DNA from: an uncultured Planctomycetia bacterium
GTDB taxonomy: Bacteria; Planctomycetota; UBA8108; UBA1146
Assembly (NCBI GenBank): GCA_964412635.1
Contig: CAYPPQ010000003.1
Span: 24,491 to 88,490 of the forward strand
Direction of reading: 5' to 3'
Length of the DNA: 64,000 nt
In this document: in pieces, positions 46,898 to 55,774 of the stretch
How positions within the stretch are numbered: position 1 is the first letter of the stretch
How the letters are laid out: the number at the start of each line of letters is the position of its first letter
Made by a program: the position numbers and the translations under genes
The notes under the pieces: model-generated
The model's database searches: none
Told to the model about the DNA's origin: nothing
The model's input: the letters and a program-made list of their open reading frames with translations, nothing else

Positions 46898-47263
46898 GTC
46901 GGTTCTCCTCTCTGGCAGGTCTGCATGATGTCCCATGCCGGGCACGGGTCCAGCAGGTCCCCAACAGGACACCTCCTGCCGTCGCAAATCCACGGATTAG
47001 TTCCGTTTATGAGGTTTATTTACGATTCTCCTCCAGCGCTTCCTGACCCGCTCCTGACAGCAGCCGGGGGGTATAGCAGCCCCTGAAGAGGTTTCGTGGC
47101 GGAGGGTTCCCACCTCCGGTTCGGTTGACCCCTCGTGAGCCGATCGGTACTCTCCTTGCTTGACCTCGTGGCTTTCGATCCCGCTGGAGCGTTCGGAAGT
47201 GAGCGATTCGTAACTGCCAGGGAAGATGAACATCTCCCCGGCCAATGGAACAGGACCGCGAAG

Positions 47264-47539
47264 ATGGCGCGTCGATGCCAGATCACTGGAGCCGGAACTC
47301 GATCCGGAAACCGGAAGACCACCCGTGGTAAGGCCAAGTACCTCGGTGGTGTGGGTACCAAGATCACCGGACTCACCAAGCGTCGTTTCAAGGTGAATCT
47401 GCAGAACAAGCGCATCTGGGTTCCCGAGCTGAATCAGTTCGTACGCGTTCGCCTCAGTGCCAGGGCACTGAAGACCATCTCGAAGAAGGGTGCATACCGT
47501 ACCCTCATCGATGCGGGTCTGCTGCAGCCACCCAAGTAA
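47264..47539 (+). CDS. rpmB: 50S ribosomal protein L28 with an ~18-aa internal insertion
   Basis: MARRCQITG...TKRRFKVNLQNKRIWVPELNQFVRVRLSARALKTISKKG aligns to E. coli L28 (MSRVCQVTGK...[39 protein letters not shown]). Confidence 0.75.
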   Translation: MARRCQITGAGTRSGNRKTTRGKAKYLGGVGTKITGLTKRRFKVNLQNKRIWVPELNQFVRVRLSARALKTISKKGAYRTLIDAGLLQPPK

Positions 47540-47572
47540 CTGCACATCCCAACCTGACATCACGACAAGTTG

Positions 47573-49123
47573 TCACTCCTTCGCCGTCAGGCGATCGGGG
47601 TACGGGATCGCCTTCCCATCGCGGGTCGGCATCCCGGCACTGACCTGTCGGAGGTGCTCTCCCAGCAGTCTCGACAGTTGCTCGAGGATCTTCGGTTGTT
47701 GCAGGGCCACATCCTTCTTCTCTGACAGATCGTCTTCGAGGTGATAGAGGACCCGCTTCGGTGTCGGATGATGGTAGTAGATCATCTTCCAGGCTCCGAC
47801 CCGGACCGAACTGAAGGGCTGGATGCCCGGTCCCTTCGGACCCCAGAAGTGTGGCATGTGCCAGTAGAGGGGTCGCTTTCCATCGATGGCATCCTCATCT
47901 CCCTCGAGCAGGGGGACCAGGCTGATGCCATCGAGGGTGGCCCGATGGGGAGCGGGGCACTCGACTCCGGCCATCTGCAGGATCGTTGGGAAGTGGTCGT
48001 GGCTGATCACCGGGGTAGTACTGCTTCGCCCGCGAGCGACCGTTCCTGGCCAGCGGATCACCAGCGGAACCCTCGTTCCCCCTTCCAGTGCCGATCCCTT
48101 GCCGCTTGCCAGCGGGTGGTTGTGGGTGTGCGCCTTGCCGTTGCGGGCGTGGGCGGAGAGTCCGCCGTTGTCGCTGGTGAAGATGATGATGGTGTCGTCG
48201 AGGATCCCCAGCTGTTCCAGCGACTTGCGCAGCGTTGCGAGGGCACGGTCGACCGTCTCGATCATCGTCGCATAGGCCGCTTCCTTGGGGGGCAGTTTCT
48301 GGTAGCGAGGCAACCAGCGGGAGTTGGCGATGATGGGAGCATGAACCGCATAGGGTGAGAAGTGCAGGAAGAATGGCTTCCCCTTCGAATGAGCGGTACG
48401 GATCGCTGCCACCGACTCCAGTGCAAGTGCCTCGGTCAGGTAGATCTCCTTGCCGTGATACTTCTCCAGGCCGGGGATGTCCCATACCGACTTTCCCGGT
48501 TGCTGTGGATCCTTGGCAAAGTTGCGCTGGCCCCGGTAATCGGCGGGGCCGCCGGCACCGTGCCCTGCGATGTTGACATCGAAGCCGAGGTTCTGTGGGA
48601 ACTCTCCCTTGCTGCCCTTGGCTCCCAGGTGCGCCTTGCCGGCGTGGATGGTGTGGTAGCCCTTCTGCTGCAGCAGCCCGGGTAGTGTCACATCGCCGGG
48701 CTGCAGTCCGTTGACATTCCAGCTCGGCGGCGTCGTCCCTTCCCGGGCACGACCGGTGTCCTTGTCCTGGTGCAGGATCCAGTAGGTGATCTGGTTCCGT
48801 TGCGGCGAGCGACCGGTCATGACGCTGGTGCGAGTCGGAGTACACACCGGCGATGAGGCGTAGGCATCGGTGAAGGTGATCCCCTCGGCGGCGAGTCGTT
48901 GCAGCTGTGGAGTGCGGTAGGCGTCGCGGTGAGGAGGACCTTGCCGGTGGAGGCGCAGGGAGGTGTCCTGCCAGCCGAGGTCGTCGACGATGAAGAAGAG
49001 GATGTTGGGAGGCTTCTGATCGGTCGCATCGGCCGCGTCACACCAGCAGGTGCCACACCAACAAACGCAGGTGAAACAGATCCACAGCACGAACAGTCTC
49101 GATGTCAGGAGGCTCGACTTCAT
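47573..49123 (-). CDS. Formylglycine-dependent sulfatase (arylsulfatase family)
   Basis: SPVCTPTRTSVMTGR C-x-P-x-R motif. Signal MKSSLLTSRLFVLWICFTCVCWC from ATG 49123. The ORF track extends to 49384 through a GC-rich leader. Confidence 0.85.
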   Translation of the reverse strand: MKSSLLTSRLFVLWICFTCVCWCGTCWCDAADATDQKPPNILFFIVDDLGWQDTSLRLHRQGPPHRDAYRTPQLQRLAAEGITFTDAYASSPVCTPTRTSVMTGRSPQRNQITYWILHQDKDTGRAREGTTPPSWNVNGLQPGDVTLPGLLQQKGYHTIHAGKAHLGAKGSKGEFPQNLGFDVNIAGHGAGGPADYRGQRNFAKDPQQPGKSVWDIPGLEKYHGKEIYLTEALALESVAAIRTAHSKGKPFFLHFSPYAVHAPIIANSRWLPRYQKLPPKEAAYATMIETVDRALATLRKSLEQLGILDDTIIIFTSDNGGLSAHARNGKAHTHNHPLASGKGSALEGGTRVPLVIRWPGTVARGRSSTTPVISHDHFPTILQMAGVECPAPHRATLDGISLVPLLEGDEDAIDGKRPLYWHMPHFWGPKGPGIQPFSSVRVGAWKMIYYHHPTPKRVLYHLEDDLSEKKDVALQQPKILEQLSRLLGEHLRQVSAGMPTRDGKAIPYPDRLTAKE

Positions 49124-49380
49124 GTACGGCAGTCTACCGCTTCTCGACGCCCGAGGCAGTGGCAGTGGATTCGCCATCAACGAGGTCTCTCGACCAGTGC
49201 CCGCACCGCCAGTAACGCTCCCAGGGCCAGGTACGGCCACGGCGAGCTGGAGTCGAGACTGCTGGCGTTGCCCCTCTCCAACCTCAGCAGACCGAGGGTC
49301 AGCAGTGCGAGGGAGAGGATGGCGCAGATGGGGCGCATCGGATCGCGCAGGAACGGTTGAGATCGGAAAGGAGGCAACGG

Positions 49381-49755
49381 TCACTCCTTGCTGTCGGCTT
49401 CTTCGTGCTCCTCGGTGATGTCATCGATGGGGACATGGAACGGTCGCAACAGAACTCCGAGGCCGACCAGCAGCGCCAGGCTCATCGGTTGCCACCAGAG
49501 CAGTTTCGACTCGATGGCGGAGAACAGGATCAAGGAAGTGAACAGGAGCACCGTTCCCGGAAAGAAATCGAGAGGCTCTACATCGGTGTCGGTGGACAGC
49601 AAGGTCTGCCACAGCAGGTGCAAGATGGCAGTGATCAGGAGAATGGTGCACAGGAAAATTGGCGCGAGTTCCAGATCAAATGGGGCCAGAAGCAAGAGGG
49701 ATAGGAGGGTCGCCAGGACGACGATGACGGCGCCTACAATCAGAGATCTACTCAT
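49381..49755 (-). CDS. Small integral membrane protein (3-4 TM), hypothetical
   Basis: ATG 49755 is preceded by AAGGAGAAG and overlaps the upstream stop (ATGA). Hydrophobic LIVGAVIVVLATLLSLLLLAP, FLCTILLITAILHLL, LLFTSLILFSAI. Confidence 0.55.
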   Translation of the reverse strand: MSRSLIVGAVIVVLATLLSLLLLAPFDLELAPIFLCTILLITAILHLLWQTLLSTDTDVEPLDFFPGTVLLFTSLILFSAIESKLLWWQPMSLALLVGLGVLLRPFHVPIDDITEEHEEADSKE

Positions 49756-50648
49756 CGCTGCTTCTCCTTGGTTCGAGGTTCTTCGATCACCTGAGGGTTC
49801 TTGTGGCGCTGGAGCCACTCACTCCAGCGCGGGTCATTTCGCAGTACCTTGAGGTCGCCATCGACCTCCACCATTGCGATATTGATCGTCGATGCGAGCA
49901 GGCTCTGCTCGACCGCATCGAATGCCAGTTCCACCTGCCCGGAGAGGGCCAGGCAACACGCCAGATTGTAGTGGATCGACCGCATCTCGTCATTGAGAGC
50001 GGTTCGGAGGTGAGGGGAAAGTCGCGGGATCAGGTCCTTCAGAAGGGCGATGCGGCGCCTGTGGGTGGCGGTGGCCCCGGCCAGGTCATCGCTGCGAAAT
50101 TGCAGATCCCCGATGCGGCGCAGATCTTCGAGGATCTCCGCCAGCGTCACCGTGGTCGGCACCCGATCGGTACTACGACGCAACTTCTGGATCCATCCAT
50201 CGAGGGTCTTGCGTTCGCCGAGGCGAGCCATCAGCAGCACCACCTCCGTCTCGATCCACGGCTCCAGCAGCAGGTCCTGGAGAGTCTTGCCAAGAGGTGG
50301 AAGTAGTTCCGGGGTGGCGACATCTTGCAGGGCATTGGCAGCTCTACGTCGCATCGGGATCGGTTGGTCCTCGTCGGTCAGCAACTCCAGCAAGATCTGT
50401 GCGGCGGGGTGGCCCAGCGGTTTCAGGGAGGAGTACTGCCCACGGTATCGAACCTGATCCTCGCTGCTGGCGATCCGTTGCAACTCTGCGAGAACCTGAT
50501 CCCGCACATCGTTTCCTGCTTCCTGAGATGTACTGGCTTCCTGACCTGCACTGACCGGTGGATGCAGGGGGAGAAGCAGCAGCAGGGCCGTGGTGAGCAG
50601 CCAGTTGCGAATCTGTGGTCGTGCAGTGATTCTCGGTGACTTCGGCAA
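49752..50648 (-). CDS. Secreted HEAT/ARM-like repeat protein, hypothetical
   Basis: TTG start with AGGAGGAG 6 nt upstream. Signal PKSPRITARPQIRNWLLTTALLLLLPLHPPVSA. Leucine-rich helical repeats. Confidence 0.5.
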   Translation of the reverse strand: MPKSPRITARPQIRNWLLTTALLLLLPLHPPVSAGQEASTSQEAGNDVRDQVLAELQRIASSEDQVRYRGQYSSLKPLGHPAAQILLELLTDEDQPIPMRRRAANALQDVATPELLPPLGKTLQDLLLEPWIETEVVLLMARLGERKTLDGWIQKLRRSTDRVPTTVTLAEILEDLRRIGDLQFRSDDLAGATATHRRRIALLKDLIPRLSPHLRTALNDEMRSIHYNLACCLALSGQVELAFDAVEQSLLASTINIAMVEVDGDLKVLRNDPRWSEWLQRHKNPQVIEEPRTKEKQR

Positions 50649-50809
50649 TTGTCTCCTCCTGCGCGCATCACAGGAACAAGTGGGGAGCGGGTCAAGTACG
50701 AAGTGCGCTTCTGCCGGCGGAATTGACCCGTTGTCCCCGACAAGACAAGACCCGGAGAACCTATTCAGGCGCTCCGGGTCGGATGGGTTGTCGAAATTTT
50801 GATGGGCGA

Positions 50810-51556
50810 TTACTGGGAGATCACGAAGTTCCCCTGGTGCTCACTGGCGAGGTCCTGGAAGAAATCGATGCCTCCTTCGATTCCGCCGCTGAAGACGGTG
50901 TCGATGGGAATCCTGTCCCAGTTCGACATCTGGATCTCCTCCATCGTTTGCTGTTCCTGAGCGTCTCCACCGAATGGACAATCGGGTTCCCCATCTCCCA
51001 CCACGATCAGTCTACGGTTGCCATTCTTGCTCTTGCGTAGCGTCTCCAGACCCTTGACGACGGCAACCGACATGCAGGTGCCTCCGTCGGGGACCAGGGC
51101 CATGATCCAGGAACTGGCGGCTGCCTTGCGGCTGATGCTGGCCTCTGCACAGCGACCGTCGAGCTCGTTCAAGTTGCTGCTGAAGGCGAGGGCGCCGAAG
51201 TCACTGTCACGGCTGAGGGATTGGACGGCACCGATGAACTCTTCTCTCATGTTGTCGATCCGTCCCTCGTAAGACATGCTTCCCGAGACATCGAGAACCC
51301 AGAAGAAGGCGTCCCCCTCGAAGTCCTGGCCGTAGAACTGGATGTTGTCAGGGATCTCTTCATCGGCGTCCGCCTCGTCGGCGCCACCACCGGCGGGCAG
51401 ATCGAGGGGGCGGCGATTTCCATCGGTCTCCGCCTCGGAGATCATCGGGAAGGAGGCGATGAGAGCCATCATCAGGATGGCGAGGCCGTAGGATCTGGTG
51501 CCGTACTGAATCGCTTCGTGCGAGTTGGTGTTGGTGATGGTTTCGGTCATGGTCAT
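50810..51556 (-). CDS. von Willebrand factor type A (VWA) domain protein, secreted
   Basis: MIDAS motif VLDVSGSMS. ATG 51556 is preceded by GAAGGAGGAG. Signal-like GLAILMMALIASFPMISEA. Confidence 0.7.
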   Translation of the reverse strand: MTMTETITNTNSHEAIQYGTRSYGLAILMMALIASFPMISEAETDGNRRPLDLPAGGGADEADADEEIPDNIQFYGQDFEGDAFFWVLDVSGSMSYEGRIDNMREEFIGAVQSLSRDSDFGALAFSSNLNELDGRCAEASISRKAAASSWIMALVPDGGTCMSVAVVKGLETLRKSKNGNRRLIVVGDGEPDCPFGGDAQEQQTMEEIQMSNWDRIPIDTVFSGGIEGGIDFFQDLASEHQGNFVISQ

Positions 51557-51727
51557 GATCTCCTCCTTCTCTTTCGTTTCCGTGGCGGATCGTTCCGGTG
51601 CGGGAAACAACTGCTCCTACAGGGATGATCCGGTTCGAGGGAGGAGTTGGACCAGATCTGTCAGATGCGAATAATTTTCGGTGAAATTGCCCAGGAGAGG
51701 TCGAATTTACAGCTTCCTGGCGGTGGG

Positions 51728-53248
51728 TTAGCGGTCGACCCGCTGCAGCAGAGCGGCGTATCCACCATCCCCTGAGAGGTCTCCGGGCAGGATCTCGACC
51801 TCCTCGATGAGGCGTAGTTCGGTGTTCTGCTCGAGGATCCTGCGGATCACATCCTGGTTCTCCTGCGGTTCGACGGAGCAGGTGCTGTACAGCAGATGTC
51901 CACCCATCGACAGGTGACGGATCGCTGCCTTCAACAGCGCCAGCTGCTGCTGCTCCAGGTCCGAGATCACCTCGGGTGAGAAGCGCCAGCGCGCTTCATG
52001 GCGGCGATTGAGAACGCCGCTGTTGGAGCAGGGAGCATCGACGAGGACCTGGTCGAAACTCTCATCGATGCGCAGTCTCGAAGGATCGCGGTCCACTTCC
52101 ATCAGATGGATGGGACAACATTGATGCAGGTTGAGTCGCTGCAGGTTGTCGGCAATCCGCTGCAACTTTGCCGAGGAGACATCGCAGGCGAGGACCCGGC
52201 TCACTCCTCCCCGATCGAGCAAGGTGGCGAGCTTTCCCCCTGGTGCTGCACACAGATCGAGGAGTCGCGCATCGTCGCGCCGGGGCATCCGCAGCGCCAG
52301 GCGGCGAGCGGTCACATCTTGCACCCAGAAGTCGCCGCTGGCGAAGCCCGGGATCTTCTCGACCCGAGAGCCTCGCTTCACCTCGATGGTTCGAGGGGCA
52401 CCCTGAGCCGCTCGACCATGGATCCCCGCCTTGTCGAGGATGCGCAGGTGGTGATCGATCTCACGATCTTGACGGAGCACGATGAAGAGGGGTGGGGTTT
52501 CGTTGTTGCGGTAGAGCATCTGCTGGACCCGCTCCTGTGGGTAGCGATCGAGCCAGCGTCGAATCAGCTCGGGTGGATGGCTGCTCTGGACGCTCCACCG
52601 TTGCACCTTGCCCGCATCACCTCCTTGCAGGCGCATGCCGCGGATTCGTGTCCAGCCGTCGGGCACACGAACCGCATCGAGGGGGGCGTCGAGGGGTTCC
52701 GCAACCTCCTCCAGTGATTCGCAGAATGCTCGCAGGACCGCATTGATGTAGCCGGAGTCGCGGGCAGCAATCTGTCGATCCTCGGTCAACTGTCGCCAGC
52801 CATTGATCGTCTCCGCCACTGCGGCATGGGCAGGGGTCCGCAACCACAGTCGCTGGTAGATGCCGATGGCGATGGCGGATCGAACCGTGCGGCTCGCCTC
52901 CTGGAAGGGGCGATCCATGAACAGGTTGGCGAGGTATCGGATGGTGCTGCGGATCCGGACGCTGCCGTAACAAAGTTCCGCCACGAGTCCCCGGTCGGAT
53001 TGTCCCAGCTGGCAATGATCGAGGTACTCGCCGAGAAATTGTTCCATCGGGGTGTGGGCCGCTTGCTCCCACAGGGTCAGCAGATGGATCGCCGCAGCGC
53101 GGGTGGTCAGCTGCTTGCCGTCCGCTCCCTTGCGCAGTAGTGACCCCGGGTAAGGTGGTTCCAGCTCGGGCGCATCGATCTCTTCGTCCTCGGGCAGCCG
53201 GGAATCTCCCGTGTCATCGGTAGGTCGAGGTGGGCGATCGATGTTCAT
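51728..53248 (-). CDS. rsmB: 16S rRNA (cytosine967-C5)-methyltransferase RsmB/Sun
   Basis: NusB-like N-terminus. SAM-binding DLCAAPGGK. Catalytic VLVDAPCSNSGV...PLD. Downstream of fmt, a conserved pairing. Confidence 0.85.
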   Translation of the reverse strand: MNIDRPPRPTDDTGDSRLPEDEEIDAPELEPPYPGSLLRKGADGKQLTTRAAAIHLLTLWEQAAHTPMEQFLGEYLDHCQLGQSDRGLVAELCYGSVRIRSTIRYLANLFMDRPFQEASRTVRSAIAIGIYQRLWLRTPAHAAVAETINGWRQLTEDRQIAARDSGYINAVLRAFCESLEEVAEPLDAPLDAVRVPDGWTRIRGMRLQGGDAGKVQRWSVQSSHPPELIRRWLDRYPQERVQQMLYRNNETPPLFIVLRQDREIDHHLRILDKAGIHGRAAQGAPRTIEVKRGSRVEKIPGFASGDFWVQDVTARRLALRMPRRDDARLLDLCAAPGGKLATLLDRGGVSRVLACDVSSAKLQRIADNLQRLNLHQCCPIHLMEVDRDPSRLRIDESFDQVLVDAPCSNSGVLNRRHEARWRFSPEVISDLEQQQLALLKAAIRHLSMGGHLLYSTCSVEPQENQDVIRRILEQNTELRLIEEVEILPGDLSGDGGYAALLQRVDR

Positions 53249-54207
53249 GGTCTCGCTTCTCCCTGAAATTGATCACCGACCTGGAACGGCATCCCGCGGA
53301 GGATCTCCTGCACCGACATCGGTTTCTTGCCGATGCGCTGCAACCGTTCGATGGCGATGGCGCCCTGTCCACAGGCGACGACGATGTGCTGGTCGTTCAC
53401 CTCCAGAACGGTACCGGGTTGTGCCTCAGGCATCCCGTGGATCTGGCTCACCTGGTCGAGAATCACCTCATCGATCCGTTCCGGGGTGGACTGTCGAATC
53501 AGGCGAGAACGGGTTCTGGGCCACGGTTTGAGGGCTCTGACCTGTCTCTGGAGAAATGCCGCATCCCCCTCCCAGTGAACCCACGCCTCCGATTTTTCCA
53601 CCTTTGGAGCGAGAGTGACCGACTCTTCCGACTGCTCGGTGGTGACGACATCGCCACTCTCCAGCGCATCGAGATGTTGTTCGAGCAGGTCTGCGGCGAG
53701 GTGCGACAGTTTGTCTTCGGCATCTTCGGCAGTCACCGTCTGGTCCGGGGTCCATCGCTGGCAGCCCACCACCGGCCCTGCATCGAGGGCGGAGACCATG
53801 CGGTAGAGGGTCACACCCAGCTGCTCGTCTCCCGCCAGCAACCCCCGCACCACCGGAGCGGCACCGCGCCAGCGTGGCAGGATTGAACCGTGCAGGTTGT
53901 AACAACCTCGTGGTGCACCGGCGAGAAAGCGAGGTCCAAGGATCAACCGGATGTCCGCAGTGATGACCAGGTCTGCAGCGGATTCTTCGAGCACCCGCTG
54001 CCCTTCGGCTCCCCGTAACTTCTCACTCTCGAAGACGGGCAAACCGAGTGACTGTGCTTGCGACTTGATGACGCTCGGTTGCATCGTTCTCTTGCGGCCG
54101 TGGGGAGCATCGGGAACGGTGGCGACCGCCACGTCATCTCGCAGCGAGTGAAGGCGCTGCAAGGTGGGGATCCCGAAGGGACCCGATCCGAGGAACAGGA
54201 TCTTCAT
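53245..54207 (-). CDS. fmt: Methionyl-tRNA formyltransferase
   Basis: MKILFLGSGPFGIPTLQRL, the HxSLLPRWRG motif (HGSILPRWRGAAP), and the C-terminal Fmt domain. Confidence 0.9.
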   Translation of the reverse strand: MKILFLGSGPFGIPTLQRLHSLRDDVAVATVPDAPHGRKRTMQPSVIKSQAQSLGLPVFESEKLRGAEGQRVLEESAADLVITADIRLILGPRFLAGAPRGCYNLHGSILPRWRGAAPVVRGLLAGDEQLGVTLYRMVSALDAGPVVGCQRWTPDQTVTAEDAEDKLSHLAADLLEQHLDALESGDVVTTEQSEESVTLAPKVEKSEAWVHWEGDAAFLQRQVRALKPWPRTRSRLIRQSTPERIDEVILDQVSQIHGMPEAQPGTVLEVNDQHIVVACGQGAIAIERLQRIGKKPMSVQEILRGMPFQVGDQFQGEARP

Positions 54208-54210
54208 CGG

Positions 54211-55098
54211 TCACTTCACCTCACGAAGATGAACCTGCAGAGGATCGTCACGATTCTCCTGTTTCAGGCGGATCTGGTGCATCCGGCTCAATTCCAGGAT
54301 GGCCAGGAAGGTGCTGACGATGCCGGAGATTCCCCGCTTCTCCACGAGCAGATCCTCCAGCAGCAGCACTCCCGAGTGTTGCTTGCGCAGCTGGTCGAGG
54401 ACCTCCGTCATCGCCTGTTCGATGGGAACCTCGTCCGCCTCGATGGTGGTGAAGGAAGATCTCTCCACCAGCAGGTCGAGGACCCTCTGGAAGGCGGATG
54501 CGAGGTCGAGGGATGAAGTTTCGGAGAGGTCGAGTGTGCCGGGCGGTGGCGGTGGCATCTCGTCCTGAAGTCGTTCGTATCCCAGCGATCGGAGCCGGTG
54601 TGCTTCCTCCAGTAACTGGGCTCTCTCCTTGAAGTCCCGGTACTCGAGGAGCTGTTCGACGAGGCTCTGGCGCGGATCTTCCAGTTCTTCTTCGAGCAGA
54701 TCGTCGTCCACCTCGATGAGGTCGGGGGAGAGCATGCGGCACTTGATCTCGACCAGTCGTGCTCCCATCACCAGGTAGTCCCCCGCCTGTCTCAGGTCGA
54801 GAGTTCCCTGCTGCTGGGCGCTGGTCACGTGCTGAAGAAACTGTTCCAGTACCCTGGCGACGGGGAGATCCAGGATGTCGATCTCGTTCCTGTGGATCAG
54901 GTACAGCAGCAGTTCGAGGGGACCGGAATACTCCTCCAGGTGGGTGCTGAAGCCGTCCTCCCAGGGATTGAGAGGAGCGCCATCGGCAGAGGTTTGCGGT
55001 GTTTCCACCTCGCCTGCTTCCCCGGCTGGGGATCGTTCATCGCTCGTCGGTGCCACGGCTTGCTGTCTCCCTCGACGGTGTCCGGTGGATTTGACCAC
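54211..55098 (-). CDS. scpA: Segregation and condensation protein A (ScpA kleisin)
   Basis: LELLLYLIHRNEIDILDLPVARVLEQFLQHV is typical of the ScpA N-terminus. The N-terminal ~45 aa are low-complexity, so the true start may lie further downstream. Confidence 0.75.
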   Translation of the reverse strand: MVKSTGHRRGRQQAVAPTSDERSPAGEAGEVETPQTSADGAPLNPWEDGFSTHLEEYSGPLELLLYLIHRNEIDILDLPVARVLEQFLQHVTSAQQQGTLDLRQAGDYLVMGARLVEIKCRMLSPDLIEVDDDLLEEELEDPRQSLVEQLLEYRDFKERAQLLEEAHRLRSLGYERLQDEMPPPPPGTLDLSETSSLDLASAFQRVLDLLVERSSFTTIEADEVPIEQAMTEVLDQLRKQHSGVLLLEDLLVEKRGISGIVSTFLAILELSRMHQIRLKQENRDDPLQVHLREVK

Positions 55099-55228
55099 TC
55101 TCGGGTACTTCCTTCGATCCTGCCCCCGCTGGGAGGATCGCTACAGGATAGCAGAAGGGGCCGTGCTTCGCGCTGGAAGGTGGGAAATACCCTTGCAACG
55201 GCACAGGGGGCCGGGAGACTGAAGAGCG

Positions 55229-55774
55229 ATGAATGAGCAATCAGAATCCCCCCTGGCAGGACAGCAACCGCGGTTGCTGGTCCTCGATGTCGATGGCGTC
55301 CTCACCGACAACACCCTCTGGATTTCCGAGGAGGGTCGCGAGATGAAGGCGTTTCATGTCCCCGATGGAGCAGGCCTGCGCTGGCTCCTGGAGGAGGGTG
55401 TCGAGGTGGCATGGATCTCCGGTCGCGCCTCGGAGGTGACTCGTAAGCGAGCCGCCGAACTGGGGATCGATGAGGTTCACACCGGCATCCGCGACAAGGC
55501 CACTTGCCTGCAGGAACTGCTCGAACGACTTTCGATCTCCGCTGCGGACACCGTCTACATCGGCGACGATCTCATCGACCTGCCACCGATGGCGCTGGTG
55601 GGAACGGCGGTGGCGGTGGCGGATGCGCAGCCGGTCGTGCTCGAGATGGCGGCCCACGTGACCCGCAACCGAGGGGGCCACGGGGCGGTTCGTGAGGTGT
55701 GCGAGTGGATCCTGAAATCGCTGGGAGCGTGGTCTGATCGGATCCACCGCGAGATGTCAGGGGACTCCCCTTGA
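55229..55774 (+). CDS. kdsC: 3-deoxy-D-manno-octulosonate 8-phosphate phosphatase (HAD family, KdsC)
   Basis: HAD motif I LLVLDVDGVLTDN, motif II ISGR, motif IV GDDLIDLP. Size and motifs match KdsC. Confidence 0.8.
   Translation: MNEQSESPLAGQQPRLLVLDVDGVLTDNTLWISEEGREMKAFHVPDGAGLRWLLEEGVEVAWISGRASEVTRKRAAELGIDEVHTGIRDKATCLQELLERLSISAADTVYIGDDLIDLPPMALVGTAVAVADAQPVVLEMAAHVTRNRGGHGAVREVCEWILKSLGAWSDRIHREMSGDSP

Noticed and set aside
50673-50700. ECF-sigma promoter (GGAAC-N17-GTACG) reading on the plus strand
   Set aside because: It would drive antisense transcription only. The same region fits a sigma70-like promoter for the minus-strand gene, so the interpretation is inconclusive.
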